64,000 nt of DNA, taken from positions 64,804-128,803 of the forward strand of contig CAKPBI010000002.1 in assembly GCA_934140285.1 (NCBI GenBank), written 5' to 3'. The position numbers and the translations under genes are program-made. Below are positions 8,930 to 17,644 of this stretch, piece by piece (position 1 is the stretch's first letter; each line of letters begins with the position of its first letter). The stretch comes from an uncultured Bacilli bacterium. Lineage in GTDB: Bacteria; Bacillota_I; Bacilli_A; ML615J-28; CAG-313. A model generated the notes under the pieces. It worked only from the letters and a program-made list of their open reading frames with translations. It was not told where the DNA came from and made no database searches.

Positions 8930-9721
8930 ATGAAAGTTACGATACTCGCTAGTGGATCAAAAGGTAACTCCACCTACATTGAAACACCAAAAACAAAAAT
9001 TTTGATTGATGCAGGGATTAGCTACCTTCAAATCAAACAAAGATTAAATGAAGAAAAAATCGAACTATGTAATATAGACGCAATATTTGTATCTCATGAA
9101 CATGCAGATCATGTATTATATCTTGCGAGTGTACTTTGTCGTACTAACGCAAAATTATATATTGATAAAATTTCATATGATATTATTAACAAAAAAACTA
9201 ATAATTCCTTATTGCCATTTGAAGTAACATTTATAAAAGATGATTTAAAATATCAATTAGAAGATATTGTTGTTGTGCCAATTTCTTTATCTCATGATTC
9301 TAAAGCAATTCATGGGTTTTTAATGAAAGAATTAAACACTGATGTTAACAAAACATTTGCTTCAATAACAGATACGGGAATTATTCCTCAAAAGTATTTT
9401 TCCATTTTATCATCGATTAATACTATTTTTATTGAATCAAATCATGATGTAGAAATGTTAATGTCTAGTCGTAGACCATGGATATTAATTCAACGTATCC
9501 TTTCTCCAAAAGGTCATTTATCAAATCAAGAATGTATGGAATATTTGACAAAGTTTGTTTCTAAACATACTAAAAACATAATTCTCGCTCACTTAAGCGA
9601 AGACTGTAATCTAGAAAAACTAGCTGAGGCGGAGTGTTATAAATACTTTACAGAGAGCCTTCCCTTTAAACTTTATATAGCAAAACAATATGAAGAACTC
9701 CCTTTAATAGAGGTAGAATAA
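8930..9721 (+). CDS. yycJ: MBL-fold metallo-hydrolase, YycJ/WalJ-like
   Basis: MKVTILASGSKGNSTYIET...ILIDAGIS...VSHEHADH is collinear with B. subtilis YycJ. Extended -10 (tggtataat) upstream. Confidence 0.75.
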   Translation: MKVTILASGSKGNSTYIETPKTKILIDAGISYLQIKQRLNEEKIELCNIDAIFVSHEHADHVLYLASVLCRTNAKLYIDKISYDIINKKTNNSLLPFEVTFIKDDLKYQLEDIVVVPISLSHDSKAIHGFLMKELNTDVNKTFASITDTGIIPQKYFSILSSINTIFIESNHDVEMLMSSRRPWILIQRILSPKGHLSNQECMEYLTKFVSKHTKNIILAHLSEDCNLEKLAEAECYKYFTESLPFKLYIAKQYEELPLIEVE

Positions 9722-10180
9722 ATGATAAGAATTATTTGTGTGGGAAAAATAAAAGAGAATTATATATCTAAAGGAATTGATGAATACTTAAAAAGATTAA
9801 ATGGATATCAAAAGATAGAAATAGTAGAACTAAAAGAAGGAAATAATATTGATATTACAAAAACAATCAAAACTGAAGGCGAAGATATCCTTTCAAAAAT
9901 TAATTCTGATGATTTTGTAATAACCCTTGAAATTGAAGGAAAAATGATTTCAAGTGTTGAACTAGCAGAAAAGATTCAAAATTTATTAACATATGGAAAA
10001 ACAAAAATTGATTTCATTATTGGCGGATCATGGGGCTTAAGTGATGAAGTTAAAAAAAGAAGTAACTATGCTTTATCATTTTCAAAATTTACCTTTCCTC
10101 ATCAATTAATGAGATTAGTTTTAATTGAACAAATATATCGTGCATTTACGATAATTAACAATAAAGAATATCATAAGTAA
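9722..10180 (+). CDS. rlmH: 23S rRNA (pseudouridine1915-N3)-methyltransferase RlmH
   Basis: MIRIICVGKIKENYISKGIDEYLKRL..., SPOUT family, correct length (152 aa). Confidence 0.85.
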   Translation: MIRIICVGKIKENYISKGIDEYLKRLNGYQKIEIVELKEGNNIDITKTIKTEGEDILSKINSDDFVITLEIEGKMISSVELAEKIQNLLTYGKTKIDFIIGGSWGLSDEVKKRSNYALSFSKFTFPHQLMRLVLIEQIYRAFTIINNKEYHK

Positions 10181-10191
10181 AGGAGACAAAT

Positions 10192-11058
10192 ATGATTGAT
10201 TTAATTACAAACATTTTATTTTTAGTTGTTACCGTTGGATTTGTTGGTGCATATACATATAGTTTAGTACTAAACTTAATTCGTGCAATCAAAACAAACA
10301 AAAGTATTAAAGAAAACCCTCAAATGGTTGAAGCAACAATTATTGAAGTTACCCCAATAAAAAAACGTGTTTATATTAAAGCACAATATACTTCTCAAAG
10401 TAATCATCGTGTATTTGACACAGTTTTTGAATTAACGCAAGCTGAGTTTAAAGATCAATATTATGTTGGTCAAAAGATTAACCTTGTTTATCCAAAAATT
10501 GAAGGAACAAATAAGATTCATTGCTTCCCTGTGTATATGGAAGGCCAAAAACTTTCATTAGAAGCAGGCCCAATCTTTACTGATGCTTTAATGGTTGCGG
10601 CTGGTTTATTTATTTGTTTATACTCTTTATTTAGAATGCTTACAGTTAACGCCTTTAAAGGTGGAGTAGCCCTTGTAAATATGGGACTATCATCAAGCGA
10701 AACAGAAATTCCTTGTACGCTACCATTATTTACGTTTGTTATCTTCCTAGTAATCTATATTGTTTTAATAAGTTACTTAATCGAAAGAATTGTTGGTATT
10801 TCTAAAGATCATAGTGAAAACTATTTAAAAATTTGTGGTTTACTTGTTAAAGCAGAAGTAACAACATACAAACTTACAAGAACAAAGAATGCTCAAGGAA
10901 CAAGACAAGCTCAAGTTAAAATTACCTTTAGTACTAATAAAGGTGAACAAATAGAAGCAGAGATATATTCCTTCATGTATACAGAAAATCCTGAACAATA
11001 TATTAGTATTTTATATGATCCAAGACGACCAAAGATGGCCGTATACCTAAAGGGATAA
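10192..11058 (+). CDS. Membrane protein with two TM-plus-beta-domain repeats (DUF3592-like)
   Basis: Two repeats, each a TM helix followed by a beta-rich segment (..[29 protein letters not shown]..; ..[30 protein letters not shown]..). Confidence 0.4.
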   Translation: MIDLITNILFLVVTVGFVGAYTYSLVLNLIRAIKTNKSIKENPQMVEATIIEVTPIKKRVYIKAQYTSQSNHRVFDTVFELTQAEFKDQYYVGQKINLVYPKIEGTNKIHCFPVYMEGQKLSLEAGPIFTDALMVAAGLFICLYSLFRMLTVNAFKGGVALVNMGLSSSETEIPCTLPLFTFVIFLVIYIVLISYLIERIVGISKDHSENYLKICGLLVKAEVTTYKLTRTKNAQGTRQAQVKITFSTNKGEQIEAEIYSFMYTENPEQYISILYDPRRPKMAVYLKG

Positions 11059-11059
11059 T

Positions 11060-13042
11060 ATGAAAAAGTTTGAACTTGTTGCTCCCTATAAACCAATGGG
11101 AGATCAAATCCAAGCCATTGAAAGAATAACAAGCAATCTTGAAATGGGAATTAAAGAACAAACTTTATTAGGTGCAACAGGAACTGGAAAAACATTTACA
11201 ATGGCTAATGTTATTGCGAATGTCAATAAACCTACATTAGTCTTAGCTCACAATAAAACACTAGCAGGACAATTATATGCAGAATTAAAAGCCTTCTTTC
11301 CAAATAATCGAGTTGAATACTTTATCTCATACTATGATTATTATCAACCAGAAGCGTATGTTCCTAGTAAAGATATGTATATTGAAAAAGATTCTAGCAT
11401 TAATGATGAAATTGACCAAATGCGTCACGCTGCAACATCATCAATCTTAGAACGCCGTGATACCATTATTGTCGCAAGTGTATCTTGTATATATGGTATA
11501 GGTGACCCCGAAGATTATGGAAACTCAATGCTAACTATTCGTGTAAATGATAATCTTCGTCGTGATGATTTAATTGATAAACTTGTTAAACAACAATTCA
11601 TATATAGTTCAATCAGTTTTGAAAGAGGTATGTTTAGAGTAAAAGGGGATCATATTGATATCTTACCTACATACGAAAATAGTGAAGCTATCAGAATTAG
11701 TTTCTTCGATGATGAAGTTGAAAAGATTGCAATATTTGATGTTGCAACAGGAAAAATCATTAGAAGTGTGGAATTAATAAATATCTTTCCAGCTACTCAC
11801 TTCGTAATGAACGAAGAAAAAAAAGAAGAAGCTATGCGTAGAATAAAACAAGAACTAGATGAAAGAATAGCATATTTCTTAAGCATTAATAAGCCTCTAG
11901 AAGCAGAACGTATCAAACAACGTACAATGTATGACTTAGAAATGTTAAAAGAAGTAGGAAGTTGCTCTGGTATAGAAAACTATTCAAGACATCTTTCCTT
12001 AAGAAACGAAGGAGAAACTCCATCTGTACTACTCGATTTCTTTGATAAAGATTATTTAATGATCATTGATGAATCCCATGTTACTATTCCTCAAGTTAGG
12101 GGAATGTACAACGGAGATAGAAGTAGAAAACAAACTTTGGTTGATTATGGTTTTCGTCTACCTTCAGCTCTTGATAATAGACCTTTAAATTTTGAAGAGT
12201 TTGAACAAAAAATTAATCAAGTTGTTTATGTTTCAGCAACTCCAGGTGATTATGAACTAAGTAGATCATATGAGATTATTGAACAAATCATTAGACCTAC
12301 GGGTCTTCTTGATCCTCTAGTTGAGGTTCGTCCTACTCTTAATCAGATTGATTATATTCTTGCGGATATCAAAGAAAGAATAAAAAATAATGAACGTACA
12401 TTAATAACAACCCTAACAATTAAAATGAGTGAAGACTTAACTGCTTACTTAAAAGAAGTTGGTATTAAAGTTGCTTACCTACATTCTGAAATTAAAGCCT
12501 TAGAACGATTAGAAATTATTAGAGCCTTGAGAAAAGGAACATATGATGTATTAGTTGGTATTAATCTTTTAAGAGAAGGATTAGACATACCTGAGGTTAG
12601 TTTAATATGTATACTTGATGCAGACAAAGAAGGCTTCTTACGAAGTGAAAGATCACTAATTCAAACTATCGGCCGTGCTGCGAGAAATGCTAATGGTAAA
12701 GTAGTGCTTTATGCTGATACAATGACTGACTCAATGACAAAAGCAATCAACGAAACTAATCGTCGTCGTAAAATTCAAAATGAATATAATATTGAACATC
12801 ACATAATACCTCAAACAATCATCAAAGAAATTGGTGAATCAGTATCAATCGTAAACCCTGATACTGGCGAGGTTGTAGAAGATGTAATTGACAAAGAAAC
12901 ATACAAGACAATGTCAAAAGTAGAAAAGAAACAATTAATCGAAAAATTAGAACTTGCGATGAAAAAAGCATCAAAAGAACTAAATTTCGAAGAAGCAATT
13001 ATGTTAAGAGATACAATCTTAGAACTAAAAGCAGAAAATTAA
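11060..13042 (+). CDS. uvrB: Excinuclease ABC subunit B (UvrB)
   Basis: [17 protein letters not shown]..., Walker [11 protein letters not shown], helicase motifs, C-terminal UvrB/UvrC interaction helix ([14 protein letters not shown]). Confidence 0.95.
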   Translation: MKKFELVAPYKPMGDQIQAIERITSNLEMGIKEQTLLGATGTGKTFTMANVIANVNKPTLVLAHNKTLAGQLYAELKAFFPNNRVEYFISYYDYYQPEAYVPSKDMYIEKDSSINDEIDQMRHAATSSILERRDTIIVASVSCIYGIGDPEDYGNSMLTIRVNDNLRRDDLIDKLVKQQFIYSSISFERGMFRVKGDHIDILPTYENSEAIRISFFDDEVEKIAIFDVATGKIIRSVELINIFPATHFVMNEEKKEEAMRRIKQELDERIAYFLSINKPLEAERIKQRTMYDLEMLKEVGSCSGIENYSRHLSLRNEGETPSVLLDFFDKDYLMIIDESHVTIPQVRGMYNGDRSRKQTLVDYGFRLPSALDNRPLNFEEFEQKINQVVYVSATPGDYELSRSYEIIEQIIRPTGLLDPLVEVRPTLNQIDYILADIKERIKNNERTLITTLTIKMSEDLTAYLKEVGIKVAYLHSEIKALERLEIIRALRKGTYDVLVGINLLREGLDIPEVSLICILDADKEGFLRSERSLIQTIGRAARNANGKVVLYADTMTDSMTKAINETNRRRKIQNEYNIEHHIIPQTIIKEIGESVSIVNPDTGEVVEDVIDKETYKTMSKVEKKQLIEKLELAMKKASKELNFEEAIMLRDTILELKAEN

Positions 13043-13057
13043 AAAGGAGGAGTATAT

Positions 13058-14185
13058 ATGCCTAATAAACCAAAAGTAATAATCGGTCTTTCTGGTGGTG
13101 TTGATAGTAGTGTTGGCATTATAAAACTACAAGAAGCAGGTTATGATGTAGAAGCAATGTTTATGAGAAACTGGGATTCTGCAGTCAATAATGATATTTT
13201 AGGCAATCCTGATTTAATGGATGAAGTGTGTCCACAAGAAAAAGACTATATGGATGCTAAGCGTGTTGCTGAACAATTAGGTGTAAAACTATATCGTATA
13301 GACTTTATAGAAGAATATTGGAATGAAGTATTTACTTATTTTCTAGAAGAATACAAAAGAAATCGTACTCCTAATCCTGATATTTTATGTAATAAAGAAA
13401 TTAAATTTAAAGCCTTCTTAAAAAAAGCAGAAGAAATGGGAGCTGATTATATTGCGATGGGACACTATGCAAGAGTTATCCATGATGGCGATAAACACTA
13501 CTTGCTAAGGGGAGTAGATAGCAATAAAGATCAAACATACTTTTTATCTCAGCTAACTTCTGCTCAACTTTCTAAAGCCTTATTCCCAGTAGGTGAATTA
13601 ACAAAACCTGAAGTTAGAAAGATAGCAACTGAGCACAATTTAGTGGTAGCTACAAAAAAGGATTCAACGGGAATTTGTTTTATTGGTGAAAGAAATTTCA
13701 AAGAGTTTCTTAAAAACTACTTACCAGCACAACCTGGAAATATGGTAACATCAGATGGAACCGTCGTAGGAACTCACGAAGGAATAATGTATTATACCAT
13801 TGGGCAACGACATGGCTTAGGTATTGGTGGCCCTGGAGAAGCTTGGTTTGTAATCGGTAAAAACCCTCAAAAGAATGAATTAATTGTGGGACAAGGTGAT
13901 GAACAAGAACTTCTATTTGCTAATCGTGCAATCATTAAAGACATTAATATTATTAATGGTCCGCTAGTAAACACAGATACCTTATCTGCGAAGTTTCGTT
14001 ATCGTGCTCCCGATGTAAAGGTAAAAATCAAATATCTTGATGACAATACCATAGAAGTTATAACCTCAGAACCGGTTAAAGCCATTACCCCTGGTCAAGC
14101 TTGTGTATTTTATGATGGAGAGTATTGTCTTGGTGGTGGCACCATTGATGAAGTATATATGGATGATGTGAAACGGAGATACTAA
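13058..14185 (+). CDS. mnmA: tRNA-specific 2-thiouridylase MnmA
   Basis: PP-loop SGGVDSSV, catalytic Cys motifs, 375 aa. Confidence 0.9.
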   Translation: MPNKPKVIIGLSGGVDSSVGIIKLQEAGYDVEAMFMRNWDSAVNNDILGNPDLMDEVCPQEKDYMDAKRVAEQLGVKLYRIDFIEEYWNEVFTYFLEEYKRNRTPNPDILCNKEIKFKAFLKKAEEMGADYIAMGHYARVIHDGDKHYLLRGVDSNKDQTYFLSQLTSAQLSKALFPVGELTKPEVRKIATEHNLVVATKKDSTGICFIGERNFKEFLKNYLPAQPGNMVTSDGTVVGTHEGIMYYTIGQRHGLGIGGPGEAWFVIGKNPQKNELIVGQGDEQELLFANRAIIKDINIINGPLVNTDTLSAKFRYRAPDVKVKIKYLDDNTIEVITSEPVKAITPGQACVFYDGEYCLGGGTIDEVYMDDVKRRY

Positions 14186-14187
14186 AA

Positions 14188-16536
14188 ATGAGCGAACGTA
14201 TTGACGGAACAATTGTAAAAGTCCACTTTTATAATGTAGACAACGGCTATACCGTTGCTCTTTTTGAAATAGATTACAAAAATCAAAAAAACAAAGATGC
14301 CAAAAAGAAAATATTTGGTAATACCATCAATATTGTAGGCTATTTTGATCATGCAGTATACCCAGATGAAGAGTTATTTCTTGATGGTGAGTTTGTAAAA
14401 GATAAAACCTATGGCCTCCAATTTAGATTTACTTCTTTTGAACGTAAAGCCTTAAACAATGAATTTGGAATTGTATCATATTTATCAAGTGATTTATTTC
14501 CAGGTGTGGGTACTAAAATAGCTAAGCAGGTTGTTGAACATCTTGGAACTAAAGCAATCGAGTTAATTAAACACAATCCTGATTGTTTGGATGAAATAGG
14601 AATTTCCAAAAAAGCTGCTTCAACAATTTATAGTGGCATAATTAATGATCAAACTAATCAAGAGGCAGTAATATTTCTTTTAGAAAATGGTATTACAATT
14701 GATATGGCTAACAAGATTACAACTAAATTTGGCCCAAGTATTATTAGTGAACTAAAAGAAAATCCATATATACTAATGGATAAGATTGAAAGATTTGGCT
14801 TCAAGAAAAACGATCAGTTTGCTTTAAGACTAGGCATCAAAAAGGATGCAACTGTAAGATTGAAAGCTTTACTTGGTTATGTGTTAAAAGAGTTAATATA
14901 TAACTCTGGAAATAGCTATGTAACTAGAACAGATCTCTATACTAAAGTAACAAGTTACGTACAAGAAGAAATTGAAAAATCTAAATTTGAAAATATTTTA
15001 AATATACTAGTGGCAGATAAAAAAATATATATGCCAAATCCTGATGAAATATTTGATTTCAAGTTATATACTGAAGAAACTGAACTCGCAAAAGAAATTG
15101 TTGCATTACTAAAGGGAGAAAGAAATCCTGAAAAACCGATGGTACAATATGATGAAAATGTCATTGAAGACCTGTATAAAGATATTGAAAAAGAATCATC
15201 AATAGACTTTAATAAAGAACAATGTTTAGCCATTAAATCAGCTTTTACAGAACCTGTAGTAATAATTACAGGTGGACCCGGAACTGGTAAAACAACAATT
15301 GTCAACGCAGTAGTTAAAATGTATTTGAAATTAAATAAGGATAGTTCCGCCCTAGCTGATATGATTGCTATACTTGCACCAACAGGTCGTGCAGCTAAAC
15401 GTCTAAAGGAAACTACAAATATGAATACTTCAACGATTCATAAGTTTTTAGGTTATATTGGTGGAGATCGTTTTGAATATAGTAAGTACAATCGTACATC
15501 TGCTCGCTTGATTATTGTTGATGAATCGTCAATGATGGATTTACCACTTGCATATCGTTTGGTTACCTCAATGCATGAGGATGCAAGATTAATAATCGTA
15601 GGAGATGTCGACCAACTTCCTGCGGTGGGCCCCGGTCAAGTACTAAAAGATTTAATTGATACCAAAGAAATTAAAACAATTAGATTAAATAAAATTCATC
15701 GTCAAGCAGAAAACTCTAATATTATAAAACTAGCACATAGCATTAATGAAGGAAAGATCCCAGAAACAATTTTAGAAAAACTTCCCGATAGAGTATTTAT
15801 TCCGACTGATAATGAACATTTGCCAAGTTTAATCATTGAACTAGTAAAAAAAGCCATAGATAAAGGTAAAGATATCAATAAAGATATTCAGGTTTTAATA
15901 CCTATGTATAAAGGTGATGTCGGTATTAATGAAATTAATAATAAAATTCAAGCTTTAGTTAATCCTTTAAATGATAATGAAGAACTAAAAGTATTTGGAG
16001 TAAGTTATCGTGAAAATGATAAAGTTATCCAACTAGTTAATCGTGCTGATAAAGGAATAATGAATGGGGATATTGGATATATATATAATTTTAAATATAA
16101 GGATTTTAAAATCAATGGTTTATCAGTAATGTTTGATAGTGGTATTGTTGATTACACACTTGAGGAGGTAGAAGAATTATCGTTAGCCTATGCTATAAGT
16201 ATTCACAAAGCTCAAGGTAGTGAATTTGATTTAGTAATTATGCCGATATCTACAAAACACTACATAATGTTAAAACGAAAATTAATTTATACAGGTATTA
16301 CAAGAGCTAAAAACAGCTTAGTTTTAATTGGTGATATAAAAGCTCTTCAAATGGGAGTTCACCAAGTAGAACATAACCGAAAAACAATATTGAAAGATAA
16401 AATAATTGAATACTTACATAATCCATTAAATGAACCTAATGATGAATTAATAATTGATGATGAAGAATCAGCTTTTAATGTATTAGGTGAAAGAGAAATG
16501 AAGGATCTAAAACCAAGTGACTTTGAAGATTTTTAA
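14188..16536 (+). CDS. recD2: ATP-dependent RecD-like DNA helicase (RecD2)
   Basis: Walker A GGPGTGKTT, Walker B IIVDESSMMD, motif GDVDQLPAVGPGQVL, C-terminal SH3/helicase motifs; 782 aa. Confidence 0.85.
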   Translation: MSERIDGTIVKVHFYNVDNGYTVALFEIDYKNQKNKDAKKKIFGNTINIVGYFDHAVYPDEELFLDGEFVKDKTYGLQFRFTSFERKALNNEFGIVSYLSSDLFPGVGTKIAKQVVEHLGTKAIELIKHNPDCLDEIGISKKAASTIYSGIINDQTNQEAVIFLLENGITIDMANKITTKFGPSIISELKENPYILMDKIERFGFKKNDQFALRLGIKKDATVRLKALLGYVLKELIYNSGNSYVTRTDLYTKVTSYVQEEIEKSKFENILNILVADKKIYMPNPDEIFDFKLYTEETELAKEIVALLKGERNPEKPMVQYDENVIEDLYKDIEKESSIDFNKEQCLAIKSAFTEPVVIITGGPGTGKTTIVNAVVKMYLKLNKDSSALADMIAILAPTGRAAKRLKETTNMNTSTIHKFLGYIGGDRFEYSKYNRTSARLIIVDESSMMDLPLAYRLVTSMHEDARLIIVGDVDQLPAVGPGQVLKDLIDTKEIKTIRLNKIHRQAENSNIIKLAHSINEGKIPETILEKLPDRVFIPTDNEHLPSLIIELVKKAIDKGKDINKDIQVLIPMYKGDVGINEINNKIQALVNPLNDNEELKVFGVSYRENDKVIQLVNRADKGIMNGDIGYIYNFKYKDFKINGLSVMFDSGIVDYTLEEVEELSLAYAISIHKAQGSEFDLVIMPISTKHYIMLKRKLIYTGITRAKNSLVLIGDIKALQMGVHQVEHNRKTILKDKIIEYLHNPLNEPNDELIIDDEESAFNVLGEREMKDLKPSDFEDF

Positions 16537-16608
16537 GAAAAAAATACCAAATTATTGTTTGTATAAGTTATTAAAAAAATCTAATAATAAAAATGCTAAA
16601 CAATATAT

Positions 16609-16636
16609 TTGAGTACTATCTGAAAAAACATATAAT
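16609..16636 (+). promoter_or_regulatory. Sigma-A-type promoter for the small Cys-tailed protein gene
   Basis: TTGAGT, 16-nt spacer, TATAAT. Confidence 0.45.
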
Positions 16637-16715
16637 ATTCACTGCGTTTAAATCAATAGTTATATAATATATTTCTGAATTTAGCACTTTAAACTTCAAA
16701 GAAGAGGTGATAGTT

Positions 16716-16916
16716 TTGAAATCATCGGTATTCCCGTTTCTTGCGGGAGGAATGACGGTTTTAGGTGTTTGGCTCGCATACGCTAATCGTACCGCTCTTG
16801 ACAAGTTGGTAAAAAGTATTAACGATACAACCGAACAAACAATCCAAAAGTTTAAAGCCAAAATGGATAATATGAATTGTGAGTGTCAAGGATGCAATTC
16901 TGATAATCCTAGTTAA
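16716..16916 (+). CDS. Small membrane protein (~66 aa) with a Cys-rich C-terminal tail
   Basis: TTG start 7 nt after RBS gaagaggtga (the ORF-track GTG start at 16707 sits directly against the RBS). One TM helix (FPFLAGGMTVLGVWLAYA). C-terminal motif NCECQGCNSDNPS. Own promoter and terminator. Confidence 0.35.
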   Translation: MKSSVFPFLAGGMTVLGVWLAYANRTALDKLVKSINDTTEQTIQKFKAKMDNMNCECQGCNSDNPS

Positions 16917-16917
16917 A

Positions 16918-16945
16918 AAGACTTCCAAGTGAAGTCTTTTTTATT
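16918..16945 (+). terminator. Rho-independent terminator
   Basis: aagacttc / gaagtctt stem followed by T6. Confidence 0.65.
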
Positions 16946-17052
16946 TACAATAGAAAATAAAATTGAATCTTTTTTTAAATTTAATCGTGTCTTATATACT
17001 GAGTAGAAATATATCTACCAAAGAATTAATTATATTTGAAAGGAAATAAAAT

Positions 17053-17478
17053 ATGGAAGAAAAAATTTTAGTTCAAACAGATTCTAAGAAGCTATCTAAT
17101 TTTGCCATAGTATTCGCTTCTATTGGCATTATAGTTACATTATGCTTAGGATTTGCATTACTTGATGTTGTTGATCTAGAAATTGTTGCATTTATCCCCG
17201 CGATGGTAGTTGTAATAGTTTCGATATTTTTATTTTTAGGAATAGGAGATATCACTATAACTAATAAAAGAGTTTATAAGACTACATTGTTTAAAACAAT
17301 AATTGTATTACCACTAGATAAAGTCTGCAGCTATGCAACAGGTTCATGTTTTAAAACAGTAAAAGTAAAAACCCCTTCAGGAACAGTTTCATTAATGTTT
17401 GTAAAGAAGTATAAAGAAATTCAAGAAACATTAGACTCATTAATTATCGGTTCTGAAGTAAAAGCACCAGAAGAATAA
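17053..17478 (+). CDS. Membrane protein with a bacterial PH (YdbS/YdbT-like) domain
   Basis: Two N-terminal TM helices, then a beta-rich domain (..ITNKRVYKTTLFKTIIVLPLDKV..). Confidence 0.4.
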   Translation: MEEKILVQTDSKKLSNFAIVFASIGIIVTLCLGFALLDVVDLEIVAFIPAMVVVIVSIFLFLGIGDITITNKRVYKTTLFKTIIVLPLDKVCSYATGSCFKTVKVKTPSGTVSLMFVKKYKEIQETLDSLIIGSEVKAPEE

Positions 17479-17544
17479 AATCAACAAAATATAATAGTAA
17501 AGAAAGTTAATATAAAATAACTTGATTTGCTATTAAAATTAAAT

Positions 17545-17570
17545 AAAGGCGTGAGGACGCCTTTTTTTAA
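17545..17570. terminator. Bidirectional hairpin terminator
   Basis: aaaggcgt gag gacgccttttttt. Confidence 0.65.
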
Positions 17571-17644
17571 AAAAAATAATATGTCAACTTTTTTATTAGT
17601 TTTAATTTTTGTGATATAATAATAACGATGAAAGAAGGGATAAT

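Noticed and set aside
16616-16861. 81-aa minus-strand ORF overlapping the small + strand Cys-tailed ORF
   Set aside because: The promoter, RBS and terminator orientation all favour the + strand micro-gene, and there is no RBS for the minus ORF.
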